Shown here piece by piece: positions 26,454 to 35,433 of a stretch of 35,518 bases of DNA. The notes below the pieces were generated by a model, which was given only the letters and a program-made list of their open reading frames with translations, ran no database searches and was not told the DNA's origin. Both the position numbers and the translations under genes were made by a program. How positions within the stretch are numbered: position 1 is the first letter of the stretch; each line of letters opens with the position of its first letter. Location: contig DAOWNP010000001.1 of assembly GCA_030642545.1 (NCBI GenBank), positions 1-35,518 of the forward strand. The letters run 5' to 3'. Source of the DNA: Desulfobacteraceae bacterium. Lineage in GTDB: Bacteria; Desulfobacterota; Desulfobacteria; Desulfobacterales; DAOWNP01.

Positions 26454-28148
26454 TTAACAAGGATCTTCTAATATTTTTTTTATAATAGCTTCTGTTATAA
26501 AATAAGTTGGTTTTATTCCTTCTTCACCGAGAGCTGCTTCTGCAAGAGTTTGACCGCTTTTTATTGGGTTGTCTGATGCATAATAAGCATAGCGTATTTT
26601 AACATTTCCTGGAATGTAGCCCTTGATTTTTGCAGAGCTTATGGCTCTTTGGTAATGCCCCCCCTCCATTTCCAGACCAATTGCTTTCCAGCTTGCCTGA
26701 AGTCTTGTTAAAACATATTTATTTTGAAGAGATGTCCCGAGGACTGTAATTACAGGTCCTGTATATACATCAACTGACTCTGTAAAATCTTTATCTGTAA
26801 GATCATTGTCAAAAATATAATTATCTGATGTGCCTTCAAAAACATGAGCAGTTGCAAGCATTATATCTCCCTTTTTCCCTGTTAATATACCAGCTTTACC
26901 CATAATTGAGATAGATCTGATATTAAATTTTTTGGGTTTTTTATTTTCAGTAGAGAAATCAGGGGCTAATAAATTTTCCATAAGCTCAAAAGCCTGAGCT
27001 CCAAAAGCATAATCCATTACCAGTATAACTGGTTTTGTTTCATTTATACATAACATATCTATATTTATTTCAGGGCATATACTTTTGATGTCAATTTTAG
27101 AAATATCTATTAGTTGTGTGTCAATATGTGTTTCAAATTTATCTTTTATTTCATAAAATCCGTGCTTTGCTGCATATTCTTTTATATTTTTTTGTTCGTC
27201 CTGATTTTCGTAATAAAAATCATATATATTTTTTTCATGGGAATCAAATCCTTTGTTCTGAGAAATTTTATTTGCGTATAATGTATTAACTATACTGTGT
27301 AAATTTGCACTGATAATGTGAAGAGGTCTTTTTTCCAAACCCAGTTGATAAATTTTATTTTTTATATTTTCAGCCCATTTTTTTCCAAAATGTTGCTGCC
27401 CTATAATATTTATTAGAGATGGAGAAAAATATATTACAAGATCTTTTTTATCAGACTCTTTTTCATCTTTTATTCTTTTACCCATTTCATATATAGTTGT
27501 AAAAAAGCAGTTACAGCTTTTGTGGTTTTCCCTGTTTGTTTCAAAATACCTGTATGTTTGCTTTGTTTCACTAAATGGGCGGCCTAAAATCAAACTCAAA
27601 TTCCAAATAGCCGAGTCAAGATTTTTTTTCTTTTCTGTATTTGAATAATTTATATATTTTTCAAGCTTGTCCCATTCAATTGTTATATTTCCATAATCAT
27701 CTTTTATTTTAGTATAGACTTTTGTAGATTCTATATAAAGAAAGGTAATATGGGTGATAATATCATACAATTCGCTTAATCCACGGCTAATAACAAAACA
27801 CATCTCTTTGTCAGCAATTTTATATACAGTTCTTCTTCTTTTTAGGGGTTCTAATTTTTTAAATGTTGTATCTTTAAACTGACCTTCTTCAGTAAGAATA
27901 ATTCTTTCGCATTTTTCAATTCCTTTGGGCATTCGGTCTATAACATACTCAAGTCCTTTGATTTCAATAATTCTCGAATCATTCATTGAACCATATATTT
28001 CAGGATTCAATATTTTAAGGCTTTCAGATAGAGATTTACCAAATTGCCCTGAGGGTCTGTAAAAACCTCTTAATGCTAAAGCATCTGTAATAGTTTTTAA
28101 TGATCTTATGGCTATTCTGGCTTTTTGAGATTCTGTAAGTATCTGCAT
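26454..28148 (-). CDS. two-domain protein: ~390-aa unknown N-terminal region + C-terminal PNP/UDP-type nucleoside phosphorylase/nucleosidase fold
   Basis: The start is trimmed to MQILTESQ (ATG at 28148, AGGAAA SD 9 nt upstream). The C-terminal blocks VILVMDYAFGAQAFELMENL, IMGKAGILTGKKGDIMLATAH and AIGLEMEGG align by eye with the DeoD/MTAN blocks (GMGxPS..EL, VGSCG...D, VEMEA). Confidence 0.7.
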   Translation of the reverse strand: MQILTESQKARIAIRSLKTITDALALRGFYRPSGQFGKSLSESLKILNPEIYGSMNDSRIIEIKGLEYVIDRMPKGIEKCERIILTEEGQFKDTTFKKLEPLKRRRTVYKIADKEMCFVISRGLSELYDIITHITFLYIESTKVYTKIKDDYGNITIEWDKLEKYINYSNTEKKKNLDSAIWNLSLILGRPFSETKQTYRYFETNRENHKSCNCFFTTIYEMGKRIKDEKESDKKDLVIYFSPSLINIIGQQHFGKKWAENIKNKIYQLGLEKRPLHIISANLHSIVNTLYANKISQNKGFDSHEKNIYDFYYENQDEQKNIKEYAAKHGFYEIKDKFETHIDTQLIDISKIDIKSICPEINIDMLCINETKPVILVMDYAFGAQAFELMENLLAPDFSTENKKPKKFNIRSISIMGKAGILTGKKGDIMLATAHVFEGTSDNYIFDNDLTDKDFTESVDVYTGPVITVLGTSLQNKYVLTRLQASWKAIGLEMEGGHYQRAISSAKIKGYIPGNVKIRYAYYASDNPIKSGQTLAEAALGEEGIKPTYFITEAIIKKILEDPC

Positions 28149-28302
28149 ATAAATATTTTCCTGTGATAAACTATATACATTTGGGAAACAGGGCTTAATT
28201 TTAATTATTGAACAAGTCAAGTTTATTATTAACTGCTCTTTTTAGAGTATAGCATATCTTGTATAAGTTTTCGACAGGCTTTTCAATCTTCAATATTAAT
28301 AC

Positions 28303-28329
28303 TAAGGAATATGGACGAAATAACTTCCT
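28303..28329 (+). repeat. degenerate copy B of the dispersed repeat core (TAAGGAATATGGACGAAATAA) forming a small AGGAA/TTCCT hairpin
   Basis: It matches 17331-17353 at 19 of 21 aligned positions with a 2-nt gap. It is nested inside a 7-bp outer stem, ACAGGCT (28274-28280) / AGCCTGT (28335-28341). Confidence 0.4.
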
Positions 28330-28566
28330 CAATGAGCCTGTTTGTTGAATTTATTTTATCCGTATTCCTAAAATTTAAAGATGTTATATAATTAAAAAAG
28401 ATTGCTCTTTTTCTATCTTGACTTTAATTAGTATAAAGATGTATTATATCTCAATATTGATTAAAAGAATTAATTTCTAAATTTATCCTTAAATATATTT
28501 CATGTAAATTTTACCCGCTTATAATATAATTAGTTTATTACTATATATCAAAACAGGAGATATTAT

Positions 28567-29178
28567 ATGAGTAACTTAATAAAAAATCATAATAGTATTG
28601 AAAAACAACCTTTTAAATATCGCAGCCCACATCCTGCTGGTAATTATAATAGTGTAGACAGAAGAAACACTAATAAAAAAAGTAATTATTCTTCTTCGGA
28701 AAGACGTTCGGGAAATGAAAGAAGAGGTGTTGGCAGGGAATATAAAGAAAAAAATACAAACACAGATATTTCAACAATTATAAACAGGTTGATTCCTGTT
28801 TTAGAAAAATTTGTAGCAAATACAACAACAGACAATAAACAAAATGCTGAAATTGAGCAACAAAAAATAGATACTGAACAACGTAAATTAGATATTATTG
28901 AAAATATGGGTAAACTATTATTAGATAAGCTTTCAATAAATATAACATCTGTATCAGAGACTGACACTGACTCTTCTATAAAAAAGAATAAAATTTTTAA
29001 TCAGCCAAAAAATCAAAAAAAAAAAGAGGCTTTAGATATAATAACTACAATGCGTAGTGATGGCAAAACATATGAAAAAATAGCAGATAGACTCTCAAAA
29101 GAAGGTTTTTCTACCTTTTCAGGTAGAGGGGAATGGCATGCTCAAACTGTTCACAGAATTTGTCAGGCTATGGAGTAA
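28567..29178 (+). CDS. small Arg-rich protein with predicted coiled-coil middle and C-terminal resolvase/recombinase-type HTH
   Basis: GGAG SD 7 nt upstream. The N-terminus carries DRR/ERR/ERR triplets (residues 31-53). The C-terminus (EALDIITTMRSDGKTYEKIADRLSKEGFSTFSGRGEWHAQTVHRI) resembles the HTH plus G-x-W-x3-V-x2-I motif of serine-recombinase accessory domains. No catalytic domain is present. Confidence 0.6.
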   Translation: MSNLIKNHNSIEKQPFKYRSPHPAGNYNSVDRRNTNKKSNYSSSERRSGNERRGVGREYKEKNTNTDISTIINRLIPVLEKFVANTTTDNKQNAEIEQQKIDTEQRKLDIIENMGKLLLDKLSINITSVSETDTDSSIKKNKIFNQPKNQKKKEALDIITTMRSDGKTYEKIADRLSKEGFSTFSGRGEWHAQTVHRICQAME

Positions 29179-29212
29179 AAACCTGTAACAAGATTAAAAT
29201 AAATAAGAACTA

Positions 29213-31594
29213 CTATATATCACGTTTAAAGACTTGTCCTTTTTTTACAAAAGCTTTGTTTAAAACATCATCTATATGATCTACCGGAATTATTTCAATC
29301 TGTTTTAATATAGCTGCTGGAATTTCATCTAAATCTTTTTTATTTTCAGAAGGAATAATTACTTTCCTTATACCTGCTCTGTGAGCAGCTAATAGTTTAT
29401 CTCTTAAACCTCCTATAGGCAGTACTCTTCCACGTAGTGTAATTTCTCCGGTCATTGCCAGATCTTTATGTACAGGTTGTTTTGTTAAAGATGATATGAT
29501 AGATGAACACATTGTGATTCCGGCAGATGGACCGTCTTTAGGAATAGCACCTTCCGGGACATGAATATGAATATCATATTTTTTGTAAAAATCTTTCTCT
29601 ATGTTAAGAATATTAGATTTTGAGCGGACATAGCTCACAGCTGCCCTTGCAGATTCCTTCATTACATCACCCAATTGCCCGGTGATTATAAGTTCTCCTT
29701 TACCTGGCATTAATACTGATTCAATAAGCAGAAGTTCTCCTCCCACAGATGTCCATGCAAGACCAGTTACTGTTCCTATGAGATCTTTCTTTTCTATTTG
29801 TCCGTGACGAAATTTATCATGACCGAGATAACCTGTAACTGCTTTTGGAGTAATTATATATGTCTGTTTTTCTTTTTTGTTTTTTATGATTTTTTTTGCA
29901 ATTTTTCTGCAGATAGATGCAATTTCACGTTCAAGGTTTCTTACACCTGCTTCTCTGGTATGTTTTTGAATAATTGAATAAACAGCTTTTTTATAAAAAC
30001 TGATTTTATAATCTTTTAAACCGTTTGTTTTAATTTGTTTAGGTATAAGAAAATTATTTGCTATATTGAATTTGTCGTGTTCTGTATAACCTGATAATCT
30101 TATTATTTCCATTCTGTCCTGAAGAGGAAGAGGAATGTTCGGCAGAGCGTTTGCTGTGGTTATAAAAAGAATATCAGAAAGATCATAATCAATATCTAAA
30201 TAATGATCATTAAAACTATTATTTTGTTCAGGATCTAACACTTCAAGAAGAGCTGCTGAAGGATCACCTCTGAAATCCATACTCATTTTGTCAATTTCAT
30301 CTAAACAAAAAACAGGATTGTTTACATTGACTTTTTTCATGGATTGTACTATTTTCCCAGGCATTGCTCCAATATAAGTACGTCTGTGACCTCTTATTTC
30401 AGCTTCATCTCTGACTCCTCCCAGAGAGAGTCTGACAAATTTCCTGCCAGAAGCTCGTGCCACAGATTTTGCCAAAGATGTTTTTCCTACACCAGGAGGC
30501 CCTACAAGGCAAAGTATCGGTCCTTTGATTTTTTTTGTTAATGATTGAACAGCAAGATATTCTAAAATACGTTCTTTGGGTTTTTCTAATCCATAATGAT
30601 CTTCATTTAATATATTTTCTGCTTTATCAAGATCACTTTGAACCTTTGTTTTTTCAAACCATGGAATTGAAATTATCCATTCAATGTAGTTTCTTACAAC
30701 AGTGGCCTCTGCTGACATAGGAGTCATTTGTTTGAGTTTCTTAAACTCACTTCTGACTTTTTTTGATGCTTCTTTAGACATTTTTTTGCGTTTTATATTG
30801 TTTTCTAATTCGTCTAATTCGTCTTGACCAGTATCTGTTATACCCATCTCTTTTTTTATAGCACGTATTTGTTCATTCAGGTAATATTGCTTTTGAGTTT
30901 TTTCCATCTGGTTTTTAATACGTGATTTGATTTTTTGTTCTATACCGAAGATTTCTGTTTCTGTCTGGATAAGTTTTATTAGAATATGTATCCTTTTATC
31001 TATTTCATCTGTATTTAGTAAAAGCTGCATATCCTGTAATTTAAATGGAAAAAGGGTTATTATAGTGTCAGCAAATTGAGAAAGGCTATCTGCTTTTTGT
31101 ATTCCGGTTAATACGTCTTTACCAATTTTTTTATTAACTTTTGTATAATCTTCAAAACTTTTATTTAATGTTCTATAAAGAGCTTCTTCTTTTGGAGCAG
31201 GTAGAAGCTCTTCATAAATGATTTTAAAATTAACAGAAAGAAACTCTTTATCAGTTACAAAATCTAATATTTTTGCTCTGGTCTTACCTTCAATAAGAAC
31301 TTTTATTGTTTTATCAGGCAAACGAAGCAGTTGTATAATATTACCAATAGTACCATCTTTCGATAAATCATGCTCTGTAGGGTTTTCAATATTTGGATCA
31401 TTTTGAGTTGTTAGAAATATTTTTTTATCTTTATCCATTGCTTCTGCTAATGCAGCAATAGATTTTGTTCTACCTACAAATAGAGGAGCTATCATATGTG
31501 GGAAGACAACGATATCTCTTAAAGGCAAAAGGGGAAGAGTAGAAGTACCCTGCATAAAATCATTTTGTTTGAATGTACCTGGTAATTTAATCAT
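29213..31594 (-). CDS. lon: ATP-dependent Lon protease (LonA)
   Basis: LON N-domain ([15 protein letters not shown]), Walker [10 protein letters not shown], catalytic Ser in [11 protein letters not shown], and the Lys box [14 protein letters not shown]. Confidence 0.97.
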   Translation of the reverse strand: MIKLPGTFKQNDFMQGTSTLPLLPLRDIVVFPHMIAPLFVGRTKSIAALAEAMDKDKKIFLTTQNDPNIENPTEHDLSKDGTIGNIIQLLRLPDKTIKVLIEGKTRAKILDFVTDKEFLSVNFKIIYEELLPAPKEEALYRTLNKSFEDYTKVNKKIGKDVLTGIQKADSLSQFADTIITLFPFKLQDMQLLLNTDEIDKRIHILIKLIQTETEIFGIEQKIKSRIKNQMEKTQKQYYLNEQIRAIKKEMGITDTGQDELDELENNIKRKKMSKEASKKVRSEFKKLKQMTPMSAEATVVRNYIEWIISIPWFEKTKVQSDLDKAENILNEDHYGLEKPKERILEYLAVQSLTKKIKGPILCLVGPPGVGKTSLAKSVARASGRKFVRLSLGGVRDEAEIRGHRRTYIGAMPGKIVQSMKKVNVNNPVFCLDEIDKMSMDFRGDPSAALLEVLDPEQNNSFNDHYLDIDYDLSDILFITTANALPNIPLPLQDRMEIIRLSGYTEHDKFNIANNFLIPKQIKTNGLKDYKISFYKKAVYSIIQKHTREAGVRNLEREIASICRKIAKKIIKNKKEKQTYIITPKAVTGYLGHDKFRHGQIEKKDLIGTVTGLAWTSVGGELLLIESVLMPGKGELIITGQLGDVMKESARAAVSYVRSKSNILNIEKDFYKKYDIHIHVPEGAIPKDGPSAGITMCSSIISSLTKQPVHKDLAMTGEITLRGRVLPIGGLRDKLLAAHRAGIRKVIIPSENKKDLDEIPAAILKQIEIIPVDHIDDVLNKAFVKKGQVFKRDI

Positions 31595-31678
31595 TATTTA
31601 ATACTTGCTGTAATAAAAATCAGTTAATATTTAGAAAATAAAAAAACGGAAGGATAAGTAAAAAAAAGTAATATTTTA

Positions 31679-32929
31679 TTATGCCTGTTTTTTAGTTTGC
31701 TCATAAAGTAAAATAGGTTTTTCTTTGTTTAAAACAACCTCTTCACCAATTAAGCATTCTTTTACATTATCCATTGAAGGGATCTCATACATAATATCTA
31801 ACAAACAATTTTCCATTATAGAGCGAAGAGCCCGTGCTCCTGCTTTACGTTTCATTGCTTCTTTTGCAATAGCAGAAAGAGAACTGTCAGTAAATTTTAA
31901 ATTAACTCCTTCAATTTCAAAAAGTTTTTTGTATTGTTTAACAAGAGCGTTTTTAGGCTCTGATAAAATTTTTATTAATGAATCTTCTTGTAATTCATTA
32001 AGTGTGCTTATTATAGGAAGCCGACCTAAAAATTCCGGAATTAATCCAAATTTTATAAGATCTTCAGTTTGTATTAGTTTTAAAGTATCTCCTATATTTT
32101 TATTTTTGTCTGATTTTGAAGAAATTTTAGAACCAAAACCCATGGATTTAGAACTTATACGGTGTTCAATTATTTTTTCCAGCCCATTGAATGTACCTCC
32201 TGCTATAACCAGAATATTTGATGTATCTACTTTAACAAAATCCTGTTGAGGATGTTTTCTTCCACCTTTTGGAGGAACACTTGCGGTGGTACCTTCAATA
32301 ATTTTTAATAATGCCTGTTGAACTCCTTCTCCTGAGACATCTCTTGTAATTGATGGGTTAGCAGATCTAAGAGCTATTTTATCTATTTCATCAATATAGA
32401 CTATGCCGCGCTGGGCTTTTTCGACATCATAGTCTGCATTTTGAAGTAAAGACAGTATTATGTTTTCAACATCTTCACCTACATAACCTGCTTCAGTCAA
32501 TGTAGTTGCGTCAGCAATAGTAAAAGGAACGTTAAGAAATCTTGCCAGAGTTTGAGCAAGCAGTGTTTTACCAGATCCTGTAGGTCCTATTAAAAGTATA
32601 TTACTTTTCTGGATTTCAACACCTCCAGTATCAACTGAAGATTCAAGTCTTTTATAGTGATTATAAACAGCAACAGACAGGTGTTTTTTTGCCAGATCCT
32701 GTTCTATAACATAATCATCCAATAATCTTTTTATTTCTTTTGGTACAAGAATGTTTTCAGGAACCTCAGCTTTTTTATCAATCTCTTCTTCAATTATCTC
32801 ACTGCATAGCTGTATACATTCATCACAAATATATACAGCAGGACCTGCAATAAGTTTTTTAACTTCTTTTTGATTTTTACCGCAAAAAGAACAGAAAAGG
32901 TTATCATTGACACTTTCTTTTTTTGTCAT
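31679..32929 (-). CDS. clpX: ATP-dependent Clp protease ATP-binding subunit ClpX
   Basis: The zinc finger CSFCGK...CDEC, Walker A GPTGSGKT and IVYIDEIDK. Confidence 0.97.
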   Translation of the reverse strand: MTKKESVNDNLFCSFCGKNQKEVKKLIAGPAVYICDECIQLCSEIIEEEIDKKAEVPENILVPKEIKRLLDDYVIEQDLAKKHLSVAVYNHYKRLESSVDTGGVEIQKSNILLIGPTGSGKTLLAQTLARFLNVPFTIADATTLTEAGYVGEDVENIILSLLQNADYDVEKAQRGIVYIDEIDKIALRSANPSITRDVSGEGVQQALLKIIEGTTASVPPKGGRKHPQQDFVKVDTSNILVIAGGTFNGLEKIIEHRISSKSMGFGSKISSKSDKNKNIGDTLKLIQTEDLIKFGLIPEFLGRLPIISTLNELQEDSLIKILSEPKNALVKQYKKLFEIEGVNLKFTDSSLSAIAKEAMKRKAGARALRSIMENCLLDIMYEIPSMDNVKECLIGEEVVLNKEKPILLYEQTKKQA

Positions 32930-32930
32930 A

Positions 32931-33551
32931 TCAGACCTCCGTTTTTATTTTTTCTATGTCGGCAAGATCGTTTCTATTGGTAATCACATGATCTATAATA
33001 CCATATTTTTTAGCTTCATGGCTGTCCATGAAAAAATCACGCTCTGTATCTTCTTTTATCCTTTCTAAATCCATTTTCGTATGTATTTTTAAAATTGAAT
33101 TTAAAATGTCTTTCATTCTTAAGATTTCTTTTGCCTGTATTGCAATATCAGAAGCTTGACCCTGTGCTCCACCTGTTGGTTGATGAATCATTATCCTTGA
33201 ATTTGGCAGAGAATATCTTTTCCCGGAATCTCCTGCTGCAAGAAGTATTGAACCCATGCTTGCGGCTTGTCCCATACAAACAGTGGTAATGTTTGGTTTA
33301 ATATATTGCATGGTGTCATATATAGCTAAACCGGCAGTAATAACTCCGCCTGGGGAATTAATGTAAAAGTTAATATCTTTGTCAGGATCTTCTGATTCAA
33401 GAAAAAGAAACTGAGCAATTAAAACATTTGCAACTTCATCATTAATTGCTGTACCAAGAAAAATAATTCTGTCTTTAAGTAGTCTTGAGTAAATATCATA
33501 GGCTCGTTCTCCCCTGCTACTTTGTTCAACAACCATTGGGATAATTGACAA
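32931..33551 (-). CDS. clpP: ATP-dependent Clp protease proteolytic subunit ClpP
   Basis: The catalytic triad context ([13 protein letters not shown]) and 206 aa. A 1-nt gap separates it from clpX. Confidence 0.97.
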   Translation of the reverse strand: MSIIPMVVEQSSRGERAYDIYSRLLKDRIIFLGTAINDEVANVLIAQFLFLESEDPDKDINFYINSPGGVITAGLAIYDTMQYIKPNITTVCMGQAASMGSILLAAGDSGKRYSLPNSRIMIHQPTGGAQGQASDIAIQAKEILRMKDILNSILKIHTKMDLERIKEDTERDFFMDSHEAKKYGIIDHVITNRNDLADIEKIKTEV

Positions 33552-33583
33552 AACTGCCTCCTTTTAAAATAAGATTCTAGGCT

Positions 33584-34915
33584 TTATTCAGAACCCTCCT
33601 CAGAAACAATTGTTTCTTTTTCAGGTTCGATTTCAGTTATTTCACATTTATTTAATATAAGCTTTAATATCTTTTTTTCAAGTAATGTTTGTTTAAAATA
33701 TTCTTTCGTGTCTTGATTTTGTTCAAATTCTAACTTAAAGTTGTCATAAGATTTATTATATTCAAGGGAAAGTTCTCTTATACCATCATCTAATTCACTA
33801 TCTGTCAGTTTCAGATCTTCCTGCTCAATAAGTTTTTTTAATATAAGCTGGCGCTTTACCTGATTTACTGCTGTTTGCTTTGCTGTTTCTTCAAAACCAG
33901 TTCTATCTTTTCCCAGTTGTTCGTAAGTCATGTTGTTTGCTGCAAGAGCTTTTTCAGTTTCCGCCATTATAGAATTTTGTTCGAATTGAATCATTACTTC
34001 AGGAATTTCAAAAGTCTGTTGAGATATTAACAATTCAAAGATTTGTTCATTTAGCTCCTGTTCAGCCCGTTTTTCATACCCCTGTTCTAAATTTTCAGTA
34101 ATTTGTTCTTTTAATTTATCTAAATTTTCGTATTCACCAAGAGACTTGGCAAAAGTATCATCTATTTCAGGAATTATTTTTTCTTTAAGATCTTTTAAAC
34201 TTACTTTAAAAGTTATGGTTTGGTCACTAAGTTCTTTATTTACATAATTTTTTGGAAAAGAAACAGAAAACTCTTTTGTCTCTCCAATATTTGTACCAAT
34301 TAACTGAGTATCAAATTCATTAGAGATCACTCCTGCTCCGATTTTAATTGAAAAATCTTCTTTTTTCTCAATGCCTTCAAATTTTTTGTCATTTTGAAAT
34401 GCTTCAAAATCAATTACAGCAATATCATCATTTTGAGCAGGGTGTTTTTCTTTAATTGATTCAAATGAAGCAAACTTATCTTGCAGGGCTTTAAGTTGAA
34501 TATTAATTTGATCATCTGTAATTTTATATAAATTCTTTTTTAATTTAAAGCCGTCTGTATTAAAAACAGACAATTCAGGAGGTATTTCAACGGTAGCATC
34601 GTACTTATATGCTTCATCTTCATTTAGATCAGGGGGATCCATTTTAGGAGTACCTATAATGGACAACTTGGTTTCAGTTAGTGCTTCCATAAAAGATTTT
34701 TGTATAAGCTTTGGAGTTACCTCAGAATATACGTCTTTTTTAAACATTCTTGTTAAAACCGATTTTGGTACTTTACCTTTTCTAAAGCCTTTTATTTTTG
34801 CATTTTTGTTTATATTTGCATAGGCTTCAGCTATTTCAGAGGTAATATCTGCCCGAGGAATTTCTATATGTAAAATTTTTTCGACAGAACTTTTATCTTC
34901 AACCGTAACTTGCAT
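33584..34915 (-). CDS. tig: trigger factor
   Basis: The start is trimmed to MQVTVEDKSSVEK (ATG at 34915). The ribosome-binding motif GFRKGKVP, a central PPIase-like region and tig-clpP-clpX-lon synteny are present. Confidence 0.95.
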   Translation of the reverse strand: MQVTVEDKSSVEKILHIEIPRADITSEIAEAYANINKNAKIKGFRKGKVPKSVLTRMFKKDVYSEVTPKLIQKSFMEALTETKLSIIGTPKMDPPDLNEDEAYKYDATVEIPPELSVFNTDGFKLKKNLYKITDDQINIQLKALQDKFASFESIKEKHPAQNDDIAVIDFEAFQNDKKFEGIEKKEDFSIKIGAGVISNEFDTQLIGTNIGETKEFSVSFPKNYVNKELSDQTITFKVSLKDLKEKIIPEIDDTFAKSLGEYENLDKLKEQITENLEQGYEKRAEQELNEQIFELLISQQTFEIPEVMIQFEQNSIMAETEKALAANNMTYEQLGKDRTGFEETAKQTAVNQVKRQLILKKLIEQEDLKLTDSELDDGIRELSLEYNKSYDNFKLEFEQNQDTKEYFKQTLLEKKILKLILNKCEITEIEPEKETIVSEEGSE

Positions 34916-35040
34916 AACAACCCTTTCAGTAAAATTTTTATACAAAAGCTTAAAACTTAATCTCAAAATAAATGAAAGTGCCTGAAGAAACATAAAAAAA
35001 AAGCAGACACATTTGTAAATGATTAGTGTTTTATTGAAAG

Positions 35041-35128
35041 TGGTGCGAGAGGGGAGACTCGAACTCCCACTTTGTCACCAAAGCTGGATCCTAAGTCCAG
35101 TGCGTCTACCAAATTCCGCCACTCTCGC
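35041..35128 (-). tRNA. tRNA-Leu (anticodon TAG), CCA encoded
   Basis: The reverse complement folds as acceptor GCGAGAG/CTCTCGC, anticodon stem CTGGA/TCCAG with loop CTTAGGA, a long variable arm, and T arm GGGAG-TTCGAGT-CTCCC. Confidence 0.95.
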
Positions 35129-35234
35129 ATATAAAAACTATTTATAATATCTATAATAGTATTTAAAAAAAATTAAAACATAAAAAACTAATTTTATTTT
35201 AGTACTATCCACTATTTAGGGTTTAGTTTTAATT

Positions 35235-35283
35235 TTGGTCATAGCCTGCGCTTTGACATCTGATGATCTGTGTTTATGACCAA
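35235..35283. repeat. 9-bp perfect inverted repeat TTGGTCATA / TATGACCAA around a 31-nt relatively GC-rich loop
   Basis: Read directly. It lies in the 390-nt ORF-free region beyond tRNA-Leu(TAG). Confidence 0.5.
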
Positions 35284-35433
35284 CCCCAACATTTGTAAAT
35301 ATAAAAACAATTAAGAATATTTTTGATAAAGTTTTGACTTTATTAAAAAACCATTACAAAATATCTTAATACAAATTTATTTTACATCTGTTTTAGTAAA
35401 ATAATTACAAATTTGTGTCAAGAAAAATAAAGC

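Noticed and set aside
26454-29178. An anti-phage defence system, suggested by the phosphorylase-fold effector domain next to a small DNA-binding protein.
   Set aside because: There are no sensor or signalling partners such as a cyclase, TIR, STAND, two-component or Hpt modules arranged as in known systems. There are no neighbouring defence genes or mobile-element context. The fold is equally typical of housekeeping nucleoside salvage. It is kept only as an open-function finding.
940-33289. Many track ORFs lie antisense to, or out of frame with, strong homology-supported genes. They are 940-1230, 5820-6068, 6156-6467, 7860-8054, 9127-9339, 10528-10764, 10784-10969, 10966-11178, 11991-12191, 12378-12569, 18529-18711, 18618-18881, 18760-18993, 19091-19420, 19957-20160, 20985-21335, 21903-22124, 23283-23489, 25578-26027, 28686-28967, 30344-30541, 30535-30720, 31218-31406, 31725-32249 and 33095-33289.
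   Set aside because: Each lies inside, or largely overlaps, a gene with clear family motifs on the other strand or frame. Their translations are low-complexity or hydrophobic with no recognisable motif. They are typical shadow ORFs.
1518-34993. N-terminal extensions of track ORFs: 378-1553, 1754-2623, 4204-5559, 8464-9915, 26454-28220 and 33584-34993.
   Set aside because: Internal starts give canonical family N-termini, a signal peptide or better SD spacing. Examples are MKLFDSHCH for TatD, MIIKIIGG for PyrC and MQVTVED for Tig. The extensions are hydrophobic junk or overlap upstream genes.
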